62,833 nucleotides of DNA from positions 1-62,833 of IMG/VR virus record IMGVR_UViG_3300006752_000028; one strand, 5' to 3'. The stretch is from a virus. Taxonomy: Duplodnaviria; Caudoviricetes. The notes under the pieces were generated by a model. That model was not told the origin of the DNA. It saw only the letters and a program-made list of their open reading frames with translations, and ran no database searches. The position numbers were made by a program, and so were the translations under genes. This document shows positions 1 to 8,194 of this stretch, one piece after another; the stretch's first letter is position 1; each line of letters begins with the position of its first letter.

Positions 1-308
1 ACTTTTGGTCTAGGTACATCTATAAATTTATCTACATATCTTTTTTTGTAAACTGTCTTAATTACTTCAACTGGCTTTTCAACTATTTTTATAATTGTAT
101 CAGTCTGTACTTTAGTTTTAAGTTTAGTAACGTACTCTATTACTTTTTTCTCTACTACTTTATTTACTATTACAGTATCTATTATTACTTCTTTTTTTAC
201 TATCTCTACAGGTACTTCTTTAACTACCTCTATTGGATTCAAAATAAGATAAGCAATACCTATTAAGAGTCCAACTATTATTACAATTTTTTTATCTATT
301 TTTTTCAT
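1..308 (-). CDS. Partial membrane-anchored protein with Val/Lys/Glu-rich repeats (runs off the window edge)
   Basis: Not in ORF track. Read manually from ATG at 308: MKKIDKKIVIIVGLLIGIAYLILNPIEVVKEVPVEIVKKEV...; N-terminal TM helix, open to position 1. Confidence 0.8.
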   Translation of the reverse strand, partial: MKKIDKKIVIIVGLLIGIAYLILNPIEVVKEVPVEIVKKEVIIDTVIVNKVVEKKVIEYVTKLKTKVQTDTIIKIVEKPVEVIKTVYKKRYVDKFIDVPRPK

Positions 309-310
309 AC

Positions 311-1750
311 TTATAATGGTATTTTAGACCCTATCATGAAAGAATGCATGATTGGAACAAATTCGTTGCTACTATATATCATTGTCCATCCTACATTAAA
401 AGAGAAAGACTTAGTTAATTGTACTGTAAAAGAGTTAGCAAGTATACCTATAAAGTCTTTGCTAACAGAACCAAATGCTAAACTAGTATCTGTTTTATCT
501 ATAAAGCTCATCGGTGTTTGTGCTCCAATTATAGCTGGAGAATATAATACTCTGTTATGTACTTTAAAAGAATTAGCATACAAAAAGTTATACCCTAATG
601 AATACATATTAGGTAGTTTATCTCCTAATTGATCTTTACCAAACATAGTAGAGTAATTTATACCTAATCCGACAGTCCCATACTTACCTAAAGGTTTAGT
701 TCTTGTTAATGAAATACCTACTGCATTCATAGTATAGTTTCTCATATATGAAATTGATGCTCCATCTACCCATGAAACTTGATAGTCTTCTGTTAGAGAT
801 ACTTTAGATGTACCGATATTTAATCCTACTTGTTTTAAGTTATCATACACCATTAACGAAGCTGAATTAGTTCTATCTCCATATATAGATGACTGGGAAG
901 CACCTATGCTCATAATGGTATTATAACTTAAAGTTAAAGACTGTTGTTGTAACATATCTGCTTTAAGTTGAATAGGCATAAACTTTTTTTCTTTTTTCTT
1001 TTTATCCTCTTCTTCCTCTTCATCCTCTTTAGATTCTTCCTCGCTTTCCTCTTCTTCCTTTTCCTCTTCTTCTTTTTCTTCTTCTTTTTCCTCTTCTTTA
1101 GTTTCTTCTTCCTCTTTAGATTCTTCTTCACTTTCACTTTCTGATTCACTTTCTGTTTCTTCTTCTCCCGAACCTTCACCTTCTGATTCTCCTTCACCTT
1201 CTCCAGAACCTTCTCCTTCACCGCTACCTTCTCCCTCTCCAGATCCTTCACCATTTCCTTCTCCAGATCCTTCACCATTTCCTTCTCCAGATCCTTCACC
1301 ATTTCCTTCTCCGGAACCTTCACCTCCACTTCCGGAATCACCTCCTCCAGAGTTATCATTAGAACTACCTCCTGTATCTCCTCCTCCGCTGCTATCACTA
1401 GAACCACTTCCTGATGAGCTACTTGAAGAACTACTAGAACTATTAGTAGCATTGTTAGCTGCATTTTGAGCATTTTGTGCTTGGGTAGTAGCTGACGAAC
1501 AAGGAGAAAGTGCTGCCCACCATGCATACTTTTGCTGTAGCCATTGCTGCAATTCTCCGTTAATGTATTGTTGGTAAGTAAATATTTTAGCTTCGTCGTA
1601 AAACGCTACTACAGCAGAACCGGTGCTAAAGTTAGCAGTCACTATCTGTACTTCTCCTGTACATCTATCTATAAATGTTTGAGTAAATGTCTGACCATAG
1701 GTATAGTTTGCCAGTAGCACTAAAAGGAATATGCAAAACTTTCTTTTCAT
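311..1750 (-). CDS. Secreted/outer-membrane protein: signal peptide, small Cys-containing N-domain, Ser/Gly/Glu low-complexity linker, putative C-terminal beta-barrel
   Basis: N-terminal signal peptide; GEGSGEGN repeats and poly-Glu/Lys tract; last ~220 aa are alternating amphipathic beta-strands. Confidence 0.65.
   Translation of the reverse strand: MKRKFCIFLLVLLANYTYGQTFTQTFIDRCTGEVQIVTANFSTGSAVVAFYDEAKIFTYQQYINGELQQWLQQKYAWWAALSPCSSATTQAQNAQNAANNATNSSSSSSSSSSGSGSSDSSGGGDTGGSSNDNSGGGDSGSGGEGSGEGNGEGSGEGNGEGSGEGNGEGSGEGEGSGEGEGSGEGEGESEGEGSGEEETESESESESEEESKEEEETKEEEKEEEKEEEEKEEEESEEESKEDEEEEEDKKKKEKKFMPIQLKADMLQQQSLTLSYNTIMSIGASQSSIYGDRTNSASLMVYDNLKQVGLNIGTSKVSLTEDYQVSWVDGASISYMRNYTMNAVGISLTRTKPLGKYGTVGLGINYSTMFGKDQLGDKLPNMYSLGYNFLYANSFKVHNRVLYSPAIIGAQTPMSFIDKTDTSLAFGSVSKDFIGILANSFTVQLTKSFSFNVGWTMIYSSNEFVPIMHSFMIGSKIPL
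1237..1308. repeat. Three perfect tandem copies of 24-nt unit CTCCAGATCCTTCACCATTTCCTT (coding GEGSGEGN-type linker)
   Basis: Read directly; flanked by degenerate copies. Confidence 0.9.
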
Positions 1751-1753
1751 TCA

Positions 1754-2473
1754 TTAGTTTTCAAATATACGCTTCCTTATCATTCTTGCAACTATTCTTG
1801 CAGAGGCTGTTTCTAAAGCTTTCCGTGTAGTAACCCCTATAGCTGATTGTCTAAATTTTATTTCTTCTACATCCAGACCTAATAAACCTTCTTGAGTCTT
1901 TACTGTATTAGCTTCTCCTAAACCTGAACCTACAAAGTAAGTTCCTCTTTCGGCATCTGTAAATCTAACTTGTAGTCCTAATCTAGTAGTTTGAGTTTGT
2001 TTAGAACCGTCCGATAAAGAAAGTACTTCATCTTCTGAGACTGAGAAGTCATATATCTCTATAGTTACAAAGTACTTAGCTAACATTATCTTCCCTACAC
2101 CGTACACTTCATTCTGAGATATTCCTTTTCTCGAAGCTACCCACTGTGTTTTCATTCTGTCTTTTATTGCTGATTTCTCTTCAACAAATTCAAAACGATT
2201 CGTCCAATCTAAGTACTCTATTACCATATTTGTTACTCCTAAACCTATACGTGCATCTTTTAATTCAGGCCACATTTCGTAAACCTCATCCGATGCGGAG
2301 ATTTTTAATAAAGCAATTGGTATCATATCTCCATAATAATCAGAGACATCATCAATTGATTTCTTTTTTTCAAATTCAGCTTGGTATGTTTCTGCTTTTA
2401 TTTTACCAACAGTTTGTCCGTAGGAAAAAGTATATACCAAGAGTGTTACTAATAGTGCTAAAATGTTTTTCAT
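1754..2473 (-). CDS. CsgG/HfaB-family (curli assembly-like) exported protein
   Basis: Signal peptide; CsgG-like pattern ..GLGVTNMVIEYL..TNRFEFVE..GKIMLAKYFVTIEIYDF..LGLQVRFTDAERG. Confidence 0.7.
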   Translation of the reverse strand: MKNILALLVTLLVYTFSYGQTVGKIKAETYQAEFEKKKSIDDVSDYYGDMIPIALLKISASDEVYEMWPELKDARIGLGVTNMVIEYLDWTNRFEFVEEKSAIKDRMKTQWVASRKGISQNEVYGVGKIMLAKYFVTIEIYDFSVSEDEVLSLSDGSKQTQTTRLGLQVRFTDAERGTYFVGSGLGEANTVKTQEGLLGLDVEEIKFRQSAIGVTTRKALETASARIVARMIRKRIFEN

Positions 2474-2474
2474 A

Positions 2475-2654
2475 TTATCCTAATGTATCAAATATTCCAA
2501 ATGTTGCGGTGCTAACTGATTCAGGGTTAGTACATATATGATATAGTAATCCTATCAATCCTAGAATAGCTAAAGCAAGTAATGAACCTGACCATACTTT
2601 GAGCAAGATATTCATATACTTATTTGGATGCATTCTTTCTTTAAAAATATTCAT
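2475..2654 (-). CDS. Small membrane protein
   Basis: One TM helix; start moved to MNIFKERM (2654) to avoid overlap with upstream gene. Confidence 0.6.
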   Translation of the reverse strand: MNIFKERMHPNKYMNILLKVWSGSLLALAILGLIGLLYHICTNPESVSTATFGIFDTLG

Positions 2655-2662
2655 TATTATTA

Positions 2663-2893
2663 TTAATGTGTGTTCTTTATATCTTCTGGAAGTCTCCAAC
2701 CATGTTTTTTCATTTGCCATGCATACCATGTGCAAAGTATTACAAAGCTAGCTAACCATCCTGCTGCTAATAATTTATTTTCCTGCATTTCTTGACCTAG
2801 AGCTAAAAAATAAACATTAAGGTATATTACTATACCCATAAAGCCTATTATTTGTCCCCATACTTTCCACCATTTATTAAATTTATTTTTCAT
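2663..2893 (-). CDS. Small two-TM membrane protein
   Basis: Two hydrophobic helices, operon packing. Confidence 0.7.
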   Translation of the reverse strand: MKNKFNKWWKVWGQIIGFMGIVIYLNVYFLALGQEMQENKLLAAGWLASFVILCTWYAWQMKKHGWRLPEDIKNTH

Positions 2894-2904
2894 AATTAAA
2901 AAGT

Positions 2905-3180
2905 TTACCAGTCCATTGTTTCTTCTACCTCTTTCTTTTTTTCTACTTTAGGTTTAACTACAGGTTGAATAATAGTTTTTGTTATTACTAAAGTATCTTT
3001 AATACTATTTTTTGGAACTGAGATGGTTTGTTCCATCATTGGAGGTTCTTCTGTTGGGTTAAATATAGCTTCCATATTAGTAACTAGTAAACCACCTCCT
3101 GCAGTTATTACTATACCTATAGTAGCGACTATTTGATTTTTAATTTGGCTAAAGAAGCCTTCTTTTTTTTCTTCTGACAT
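2905..3180 (-). CDS. Membrane-anchored hypothetical protein
   Basis: TM segment IVATIGIVITAGGGLLV then Pro/Lys-rich tail. Confidence 0.7.
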   Translation of the reverse strand: MSEEKKEGFFSQIKNQIVATIGIVITAGGGLLVTNMEAIFNPTEEPPMMEQTISVPKNSIKDTLVITKTIIQPVVKPKVEKKKEVEETMDW

Positions 3181-3186
3181 TATTTA

Positions 3187-3561
3187 TTACTTTACTACAA
3201 ATGATGTTCTACCTAAAACAATATGGAACTCACTTGTTAATTCCAATAGGTACGCACTTTTATCTAGAGTGCTTACATATACTTTTAAAATATTATCCCC
3301 TTCGGTACCATTTAGTTTTTCTTGAGAGATTAATTCATTGGTCATTGAATGTCTAATTTTAACTCTATAAACTCCATCTGCAGGTAATTTAACATTCATT
3401 GCAACTCTTTCAGTTACTATATTATTTTCTAATTTGATACCAACTAATTCATCCATCATCAATGCTTGAGGTACTTCTTGTACCGGTTCTACTATAAAAT
3501 CCTCATCTCTTACACATCCTAAAAGAGTCAGTACTACTAAACTTATAATTAATTTTTTCAT
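3187..3561 (-). CDS. Lipoprotein with T9SS C-terminal sorting-domain-like Ig fold
   Basis: Lipobox LTLLG-C; C-terminal ..YRVKI..GTEGDNILKV..LDKSAYLLEL..SFVVK resembles type A T9SS CTD. Confidence 0.55.
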   Translation of the reverse strand: MKKLIISLVVLTLLGCVRDEDFIVEPVQEVPQALMMDELVGIKLENNIVTERVAMNVKLPADGVYRVKIRHSMTNELISQEKLNGTEGDNILKVYVSTLDKSAYLLELTSEFHIVLGRTSFVVK

Positions 3562-3570
3562 GTTTTTATC

Positions 3571-5277
3571 TTATTGTATATTAAAAATTACTTTTGAACC
3601 ATCCTGTTTAACAGCTTCAGTGAAACTAAATGTTATTAACCCTGATGTGTTATTTAATTCCTCATTAGGTGTAAATATTAGTTTGTAAGCTACTCCTGTT
3701 TTTATGGTTACTTCTGCTGATTGATCTAATGAACCTACACTTACAGTCGCATCTTGCTCTCTATGATTAGCAAAGTTTGTCATTTCATTACCTGTATCGA
3801 ATATAGCATTGTCTAAAGTTAGAATAGTTTCATCATACTTAACACTAAACTGTGCCCCGATTAAATCCTCTTCTTCTATGTTTATAGATAAATGTACTTT
3901 CCCTTCTATCAATTCAGTATTAATATCTAAATTAGCAGTTGTAGGTGTTTGAAGTGCTTTAGTAGTTAAAGACATTCTAGCTGAAGATGTTGATAAAGCA
4001 GATGATTCTGCTGTTGGGGTATATGAATGTGAAAAATCTACATCTCCTATTAATGCATGCCCGAAGTTAAAAATCTTAGTACCATCTGTAGGTGTAAAAA
4101 TAAAGTTTTGACCAAAGTAATAATCGTCTGTTGATACCCCTAAATTTTCTACTCTACCCCAGACATCTTTTGCTCCGTTAGTATCTGATGTAAACCATTC
4201 ACTTAGTCCTTCTACTCCCTGAATATGACCTAATGCCTCATATGAATCATCAAAGTCTATGTTACCGCTGTTTGTCAATTCACCTAGAAGGTACTGTATA
4301 CTGTAATCAAATGTATTACTAGATCCTGCTCCTGGTCCGGAACCGCCGCTTGATGCTGCGATTGCCTGTTGAAATATTATATATACGTCTGTTACTGTAA
4401 TGACATCGTCCAACCAGTCTGCTTGATCACTAACTCCTAATTCTAAGTAGTAACTCTCTCCTATCGATAAATCTCCTCCAGCAAATATCATTTGTCCATT
4501 TGCATCTACATTACCAGTAAGAAGAGCTTCTCCAGTTTTACCGTTTACTCCATTTGCAGCATATATTTTATACGTAAAATCTGTAGCATAATCTGCTTTA
4601 GCTTCTGAGTTTAGATTTAATGTAACGGTACCTGCATTTACACCTGTTACTGCTCCTTGATTTTCTATATTTAGGTTTATACCTGAAGGACCTACTCCTA
4701 CTTCGTATAAGTTGGTGTCTGCTGTGGAAGTATTATCTGTTGCTTTCATCCATGATAATCTAGTTAGTTCAGTATAGTCATCATAGCCAGTCCCTTGTCT
4801 GTCTTTAATTTTAAATCTTACCTCTAATAAAGTTTCTCCATGAGATATAGCTGTGTTTGCTTCTTGAATTGTAATTCTTTCTACTGACCAATCGTTACTA
4901 GTACTGTAAGAGCCGTTACCGCGATTTAACCAACCTTCTTTATATTGAAAATCTAAATCTGCAGGTGATTGAGCAACTCCAGCAAATTGAGTTAAGACGT
5001 TAAAAGAGTAACCATCCCAGTGAGTTAAATTCTTATTAGCTGATGAATTATCAGGAAGTTTAAAAGTATGATCTATTTTCTGTAATAATTTATTATTGTA
5101 TTGATAATCAAATAACATAAAATAAACATCTGCATCACTGTCACTGAGTGTGTTAAATTTAACTGTTATAGTATCCCCTACTATAAAAGGTGCTGTATCG
5201 GTATAACTGTGATCTAATTTAAGATCTTGACCTACAGTTAACATAGGTACTAATAATAATAAGAGTAATTTTCTCAT
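3571..5277 (-). CDS. Secreted protein with cohesin-like domains and a dockerin/EF-hand-like segment
   Basis: Signal peptide; N-terminal VGDTITVKF..FDYQYNNKLL and C-terminal LIGAQFSVKYDETILTL cohesin-like motifs; DDVITVTDVY and GELTNSGNIDFDDSY dockerin-like repeats. Confidence 0.6.
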   Translation of the reverse strand: MRKLLLLLLVPMLTVGQDLKLDHSYTDTAPFIVGDTITVKFNTLSDSDADVYFMLFDYQYNNKLLQKIDHTFKLPDNSSANKNLTHWDGYSFNVLTQFAGVAQSPADLDFQYKEGWLNRGNGSYSTSNDWSVERITIQEANTAISHGETLLEVRFKIKDRQGTGYDDYTELTRLSWMKATDNTSTADTNLYEVGVGPSGINLNIENQGAVTGVNAGTVTLNLNSEAKADYATDFTYKIYAANGVNGKTGEALLTGNVDANGQMIFAGGDLSIGESYYLELGVSDQADWLDDVITVTDVYIIFQQAIAASSGGSGPGAGSSNTFDYSIQYLLGELTNSGNIDFDDSYEALGHIQGVEGLSEWFTSDTNGAKDVWGRVENLGVSTDDYYFGQNFIFTPTDGTKIFNFGHALIGDVDFSHSYTPTAESSALSTSSARMSLTTKALQTPTTANLDINTELIEGKVHLSINIEEEDLIGAQFSVKYDETILTLDNAIFDTGNEMTNFANHREQDATVSVGSLDQSAEVTIKTGVAYKLIFTPNEELNNTSGLITFSFTEAVKQDGSKVIFNIQ

Positions 5278-5786
5278 AATAAGTTTTTAATAATTTTTTC
5301 ACATACCTTTTTTAAAGCTATGCTTGCTGTTTGTTGGTTAAATGTTCCATCTTCTGTAACTACAAGGGTGCTGGTAGAAATAGTCTTACTCGTACCTTTT
5401 TGAGTAGTTCTCTTTTTAACCTTACCTTTGACTTCTAATTCACCTATTGCTATTATCTGCGTCAGTGATACATCTTTGTGGAGAATACCTATATTATTCC
5501 CAATATTTTTTATATCAAAAAAGACCAATCTAACATTTACCTTAGTAGATGCTTGGTCTGATAGATCATAATCTAGATCCATTAATAATTCTTCTAGTAT
5601 ATTTCGGACACCCATTGCCAGGTTTCTATTACCTGCAAACTTGCCCATTCTGATTTCGTTGGTGACTTCACCGACCATAATAAGATCCTGGCCGTCTATC
5701 TGTACCTCTTTGTTAGAACCTGTTGGAAGCAGTAACAAGATACAAATAACGAATATTTTGATTACGTTAAGAGTAGCAATTTTCAA
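5274..5786 (-). CDS. Exported protein, possibly a second CsgG/LpoB-like fold
   Basis: TTG start, signal-like N-terminus; GNRNLAMGVRNILEELL parallels the CsgG-like helix of 1754..2473. Confidence 0.5.
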   Translation of the reverse strand: MKIATLNVIKIFVICILLLLPTGSNKEVQIDGQDLIMVGEVTNEIRMGKFAGNRNLAMGVRNILEELLMDLDYDLSDQASTKVNVRLVFFDIKNIGNNIGILHKDVSLTQIIAIGELEVKGKVKKRTTQKGTSKTISTSTLVVTEDGTFNQQTASIALKKVCEKIIKNLL

Positions 5787-5877
5787 AGTCTTTATTTAAA
5801 AAATTACTAAAACCTTTAAAAGGTAACGCTTATAAGAAACTATTGTTAGGGGAACTATTAGATATAACTGAGGAGTA

Positions 5878-6135
5878 TTACTCTCCTTTTTTACCGCCAA
5901 AGATCTTCCCTGCTTCTGCGATACCGAAACAGCCTAATGTAATGAATAAGAAAGAGTCATAAATAAATTCCTGTATTACCAAGTCTCTACCTATAAATCC
6001 TGTTATAATATCTGCCGAAGCAAATAGTACCATTACTGCGAATGCAGCAAAACCAACGACAGATTTTTCGTTGATATCATTATTGTCTTTAAATATGTTA
6101 CCAAATTTCATACAAATTGATTTAAATTTTTTCAT
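5878..6135 (-). CDS. Two-TM small membrane protein (holin-like)
   Basis: Two TM helices, charged C-terminus; first gene after a late-type motif. Confidence 0.55.
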   Translation of the reverse strand: MKKFKSICMKFGNIFKDNNDINEKSVVGFAAFAVMVLFASADIITGFIGRDLVIQEFIYDSFLFITLGCFGIAEAGKIFGGKKGE

Positions 6136-6191
6136 AATGTAACTTAATTAGATGTAACTCATTTATAATAAATACAACTCGAAAACGAAAC

Positions 6192-6220
6192 AAAAAAAAA
6201 CGGAGCAAAAAGCCCCGTTA
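6192..6220 (-). terminator. Rho-independent terminator
   Basis: Minus strand AACGGGGC-TTTTT-GCTCCGTT followed by T-run. Confidence 0.8.
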
Positions 6221-6259
6221 ATTCAATCATAAATTTCACCTTGGATTCCGGAATAAAAC

Positions 6260-6481
6260 TTACCCAAGATCTTCGATCTCTTTTGGTAGAAACTCTGCGT
6301 TGCAGTGTCCGCATTTTCTACAGTTAAAGACTGGGATTGGAATGTAAGTTGTTTTTCCTGTTCCTGTAAGGATTCCTGATGCTTTTCTAAGGACGAGTCC
6401 TTGATCAAAGTAGGCTCCTCCACATTCGTCACAGGTAACTCCTGTTGTTTGTTTGATGTCGACATTTGGTGTTTGTTGCAT
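6260..6481 (-). CDS. Zinc-ribbon protein
   Basis: CDECG...CRKCG motifs. Confidence 0.75.
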   Translation of the reverse strand: MQQTPNVDIKQTTGVTCDECGGAYFDQGLVLRKASGILTGTGKTTYIPIPVFNCRKCGHCNAEFLPKEIEDLG

Positions 6482-6885
6482 TATTTAGAGTGGTGAATTG
6501 AATAAATTTGATTTATAAGGTTAGTTTTAGATAATCCTGAATCTAATTTTTCTCCTAAATCATTTTGAGCATGTGCTAGTAAATCTTTTTTAGTCATTGC
6601 TCTTAATTTGCTTTTTGTAATCTTTCCTTTTAAAGCGTCTTTTACATCTTTAACTTCTTCGATTACATCTGCAATTTCTTTTTTAGCTGCTTCTGCTCTT
6701 CTTTTCACTTCTTTTGCTGTTGCTTTTACATCTTCAGCAAATTCTTTAACATCTTCTACTGCGTCTTCGACTACATCTGGAATATAATCTCCATCTGAAT
6801 CTTTAATCTTTCCTTGTTTTACCAAGTAAATAGTCACTCCTGCTGCTACGAGCAATAATGCTATAATAACTGTAATTGTTGTCAT
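6481..6885 (-). CDS. Membrane-anchored protein with DxDGDxIPD Ca-binding-like motif, coiled coil and Rho-N/HeH-like C-terminus
   Basis: N-terminal TM, DSDGDYIPD, LRAMTKKDLLAHA..LSKTNLINQI. Confidence 0.6.
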   Translation of the reverse strand: MTTITVIIALLLVAAGVTIYLVKQGKIKDSDGDYIPDVVEDAVEDVKEFAEDVKATAKEVKRRAEAAKKEIADVIEEVKDVKDALKGKITKSKLRAMTKKDLLAHAQNDLGEKLDSGLSKTNLINQIYSIHHSK

Positions 6886-6942
6886 AAACTGTTTTGTTAA
6901 TTAGTATTTATTGATATATATCTATATATAAATAGAGGGGTA

Positions 6943-7461
6943 TTACGAAACATTCCTAAGTCTCTTAGTTCTTTTTCCATATTTTTCCTCCATTTCAAAA
7001 TAGAATTCGGTTATGGTACCAGAAGACTCTATTACTTCTTCTTCGTACTCTTCTTTAGTCATTACAAACTCCTTTACAAATAGGTTTCTAATCTCCATTA
7101 GCTTCCTAGCTTCTTCCTTCTCATGATCTTCTACAAGCCTTTTCTTCCTAGCTCTATCAATAGACGTTTCGTTATGAAACTTACCATGATCTATCTCTCC
7201 ACTCTGAGTAGTATTCTCAATATACTTATCATTAATAGTATGGTAAACTAATTCTACTTCAAGCAGGTAAGGACCTGGTTCAAAGTCTCCATTTAGTATT
7301 CTATCTATAAAACTATGACGAGCAGTCAACGGCTTATTCTTAGGCGTATAACTCCTCCACCACATAAACCTATCATAAGGTTTTTTGAAATAGTTCTTAC
7401 TAAGTTTTTTCTCTATCCAGGTCTTAGACCATCTAGGACTATAAGGTAAGTTTACTTGCAT
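6943..7461 (-). CDS. Hypothetical protein
   Basis: 172 aa ORF directly behind its own promoter. Confidence 0.75.
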   Translation of the reverse strand: MQVNLPYSPRWSKTWIEKKLSKNYFKKPYDRFMWWRSYTPKNKPLTARHSFIDRILNGDFEPGPYLLEVELVYHTINDKYIENTTQSGEIDHGKFHNETSIDRARKKRLVEDHEKEEARKLMEIRNLFVKEFVMTKEEYEEEVIESSGTITEFYFEMEEKYGKRTKRLRNVS

Positions 7462-7468
7462 ATACTAC

Positions 7469-7497
7469 AATATAAGAAATTTTTGGCAATTATCCAA
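7469..7497 (-). promoter_or_regulatory. Host-type (Bacteroidota sigma70) promoter TTG-N20-TATATT
   Basis: Motif recurs about 15 times in intergenic positions with 19-20 nt spacing. Confidence 0.75.
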
Positions 7498-7672
7498 ACA
7501 TTAAACGATTAAAAGCATACTTTATTATTTTACCATCATACTCAGTTAATAGTCTATATGCTTGTTCTTTCTCTTCTAAGGTAAGCTCTAAAGGGCCGTT
7601 AGTTGTACCTTCCTTCGGCACGATTTTTCCTTCGCTTACTAACTCATTATACTTTTTGATTGAATCGCTCAT
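7490..7672 (-). CDS. Hypothetical protein
   Basis: 60 aa ORF with own promoter and AAAGTTATG start context. Confidence 0.7.
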   Translation of the reverse strand: MSDSIKKYNELVSEGKIVPKEGTTNGPLELTLEEKEQAYRLLTEYDGKIIKYAFNRLMFG

Positions 7673-7696
7673 AACTTTGATTATTATTTATACTAC

Positions 7697-7725
7697 AATA
7701 TAAGAAAAATTACGCATATAGGCAA
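7697..7725 (-). promoter_or_regulatory. Promoter TTG-N20-TATATT
   Basis: Shares 19-nt TATACTACAATATAAGAAA (plus strand) with the 7469 promoter. Confidence 0.75.
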
Positions 7726-7737
7726 GAATTCCACAAT

Positions 7738-7764
7738 AAAAAACCCGGCACGTCTGCCGGGCTC
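7738..7764 (-). terminator. Rho-independent terminator
   Basis: GCCCGGCA-GACG-TGCCGGGT followed by T-run. Confidence 0.85.
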
Positions 7765-7884
7765 GTGTTGTTAAGTAGTGTACTGCAACCGGATGCAATT
7801 AAGATTACCGGAAATTTCTTTTAAGCTCTTGGGGTACTTTACGCCGGACTACTCCTTACCGACTTACTTACCTTAACTAACTTA
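7738..7884 (-). ncRNA. Putative structured small RNA (~145 nt)
   Basis: Lies between a consensus promoter (7889-7917) and a strong terminator (7738-7764); no ATG-initiated ORF; internal helices. Confidence 0.55.
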
Positions 7885-7888
7885 CCTT

Positions 7889-7917
7889 AATATATGAATA
7901 ATAAAGTTCATATGCAA
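7889..7917 (-). promoter_or_regulatory. Promoter TTG-N20-TATATT driving the putative sRNA
   Basis: GTTG-catatgaactttattattca-TATATT. Confidence 0.7.
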
Positions 7918-7940
7918 CTATATCACCATATATTTCCAAT

Positions 7941-7967
7941 AAAAAACCCCTCCGTTTCCGGAAGGGC
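7941..7967 (-). terminator. Terminator of the hsp20/groES/groEL/hc1-like operon
   Basis: GCCCTTCCG-GAAA-CGGAGGGGT followed by T-run. Confidence 0.85.
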
Positions 7968-8015
7968 CTTCTAAATTCGCGCGTGGCGACTTCGTCGGTT
8001 AAGAGAAACGCCCCC

Positions 8016-8183
8016 CTACCTCGTTGCGTCCATGTTCGCTTTCTTATAAGGTGTGATTAATTTCTTAATCTCTCCTGCTGCTTTACGAGCTCTTGCTTGT
8101 GAAGCTTTTGTTGAACCTTCATGGTTCTCCTGTAACGTTGCAAACTGTTCTGCAATTTGTTCAAATAATTCTTGTTTGTTCAT
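8016..8183 (-). CDS. Histone H1-like (Hc1-family) small nucleoid protein, 55 aa
   Basis: Not in track. MNKQELFEQIAEQFATLQENHEGSTKASQARARKAAGEIKKLITPYKKANMDATR; KAS-ARARKA motif as in Bacteroidota Hc1-like proteins. Confidence 0.7.
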   Translation of the reverse strand: MNKQELFEQIAEQFATLQENHEGSTKASQARARKAAGEIKKLITPYKKANMDATR

Positions 8184-8194
8184 AATTTTTAATT

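Noticed and set aside
1200-1330. Tandem repeats as a possible CRISPR array
   Set aside because: No unique spacers; in-frame coding repeat
934-1527. 197-aa alternative-frame ORF
   Set aside because: By-product of the low-complexity GAA/GGA repeat linker of 311..1750
6223-6465. Alternative-frame ORF over the zinc-ribbon gene
   Set aside because: The other frame has CxxC pairs and coupled start/stop; this one has no features
7738-8015. tRNA or tmRNA in the largest intergenic gap
   Set aside because: No cloverleaf, T-loop GTTCRA or CCA end found
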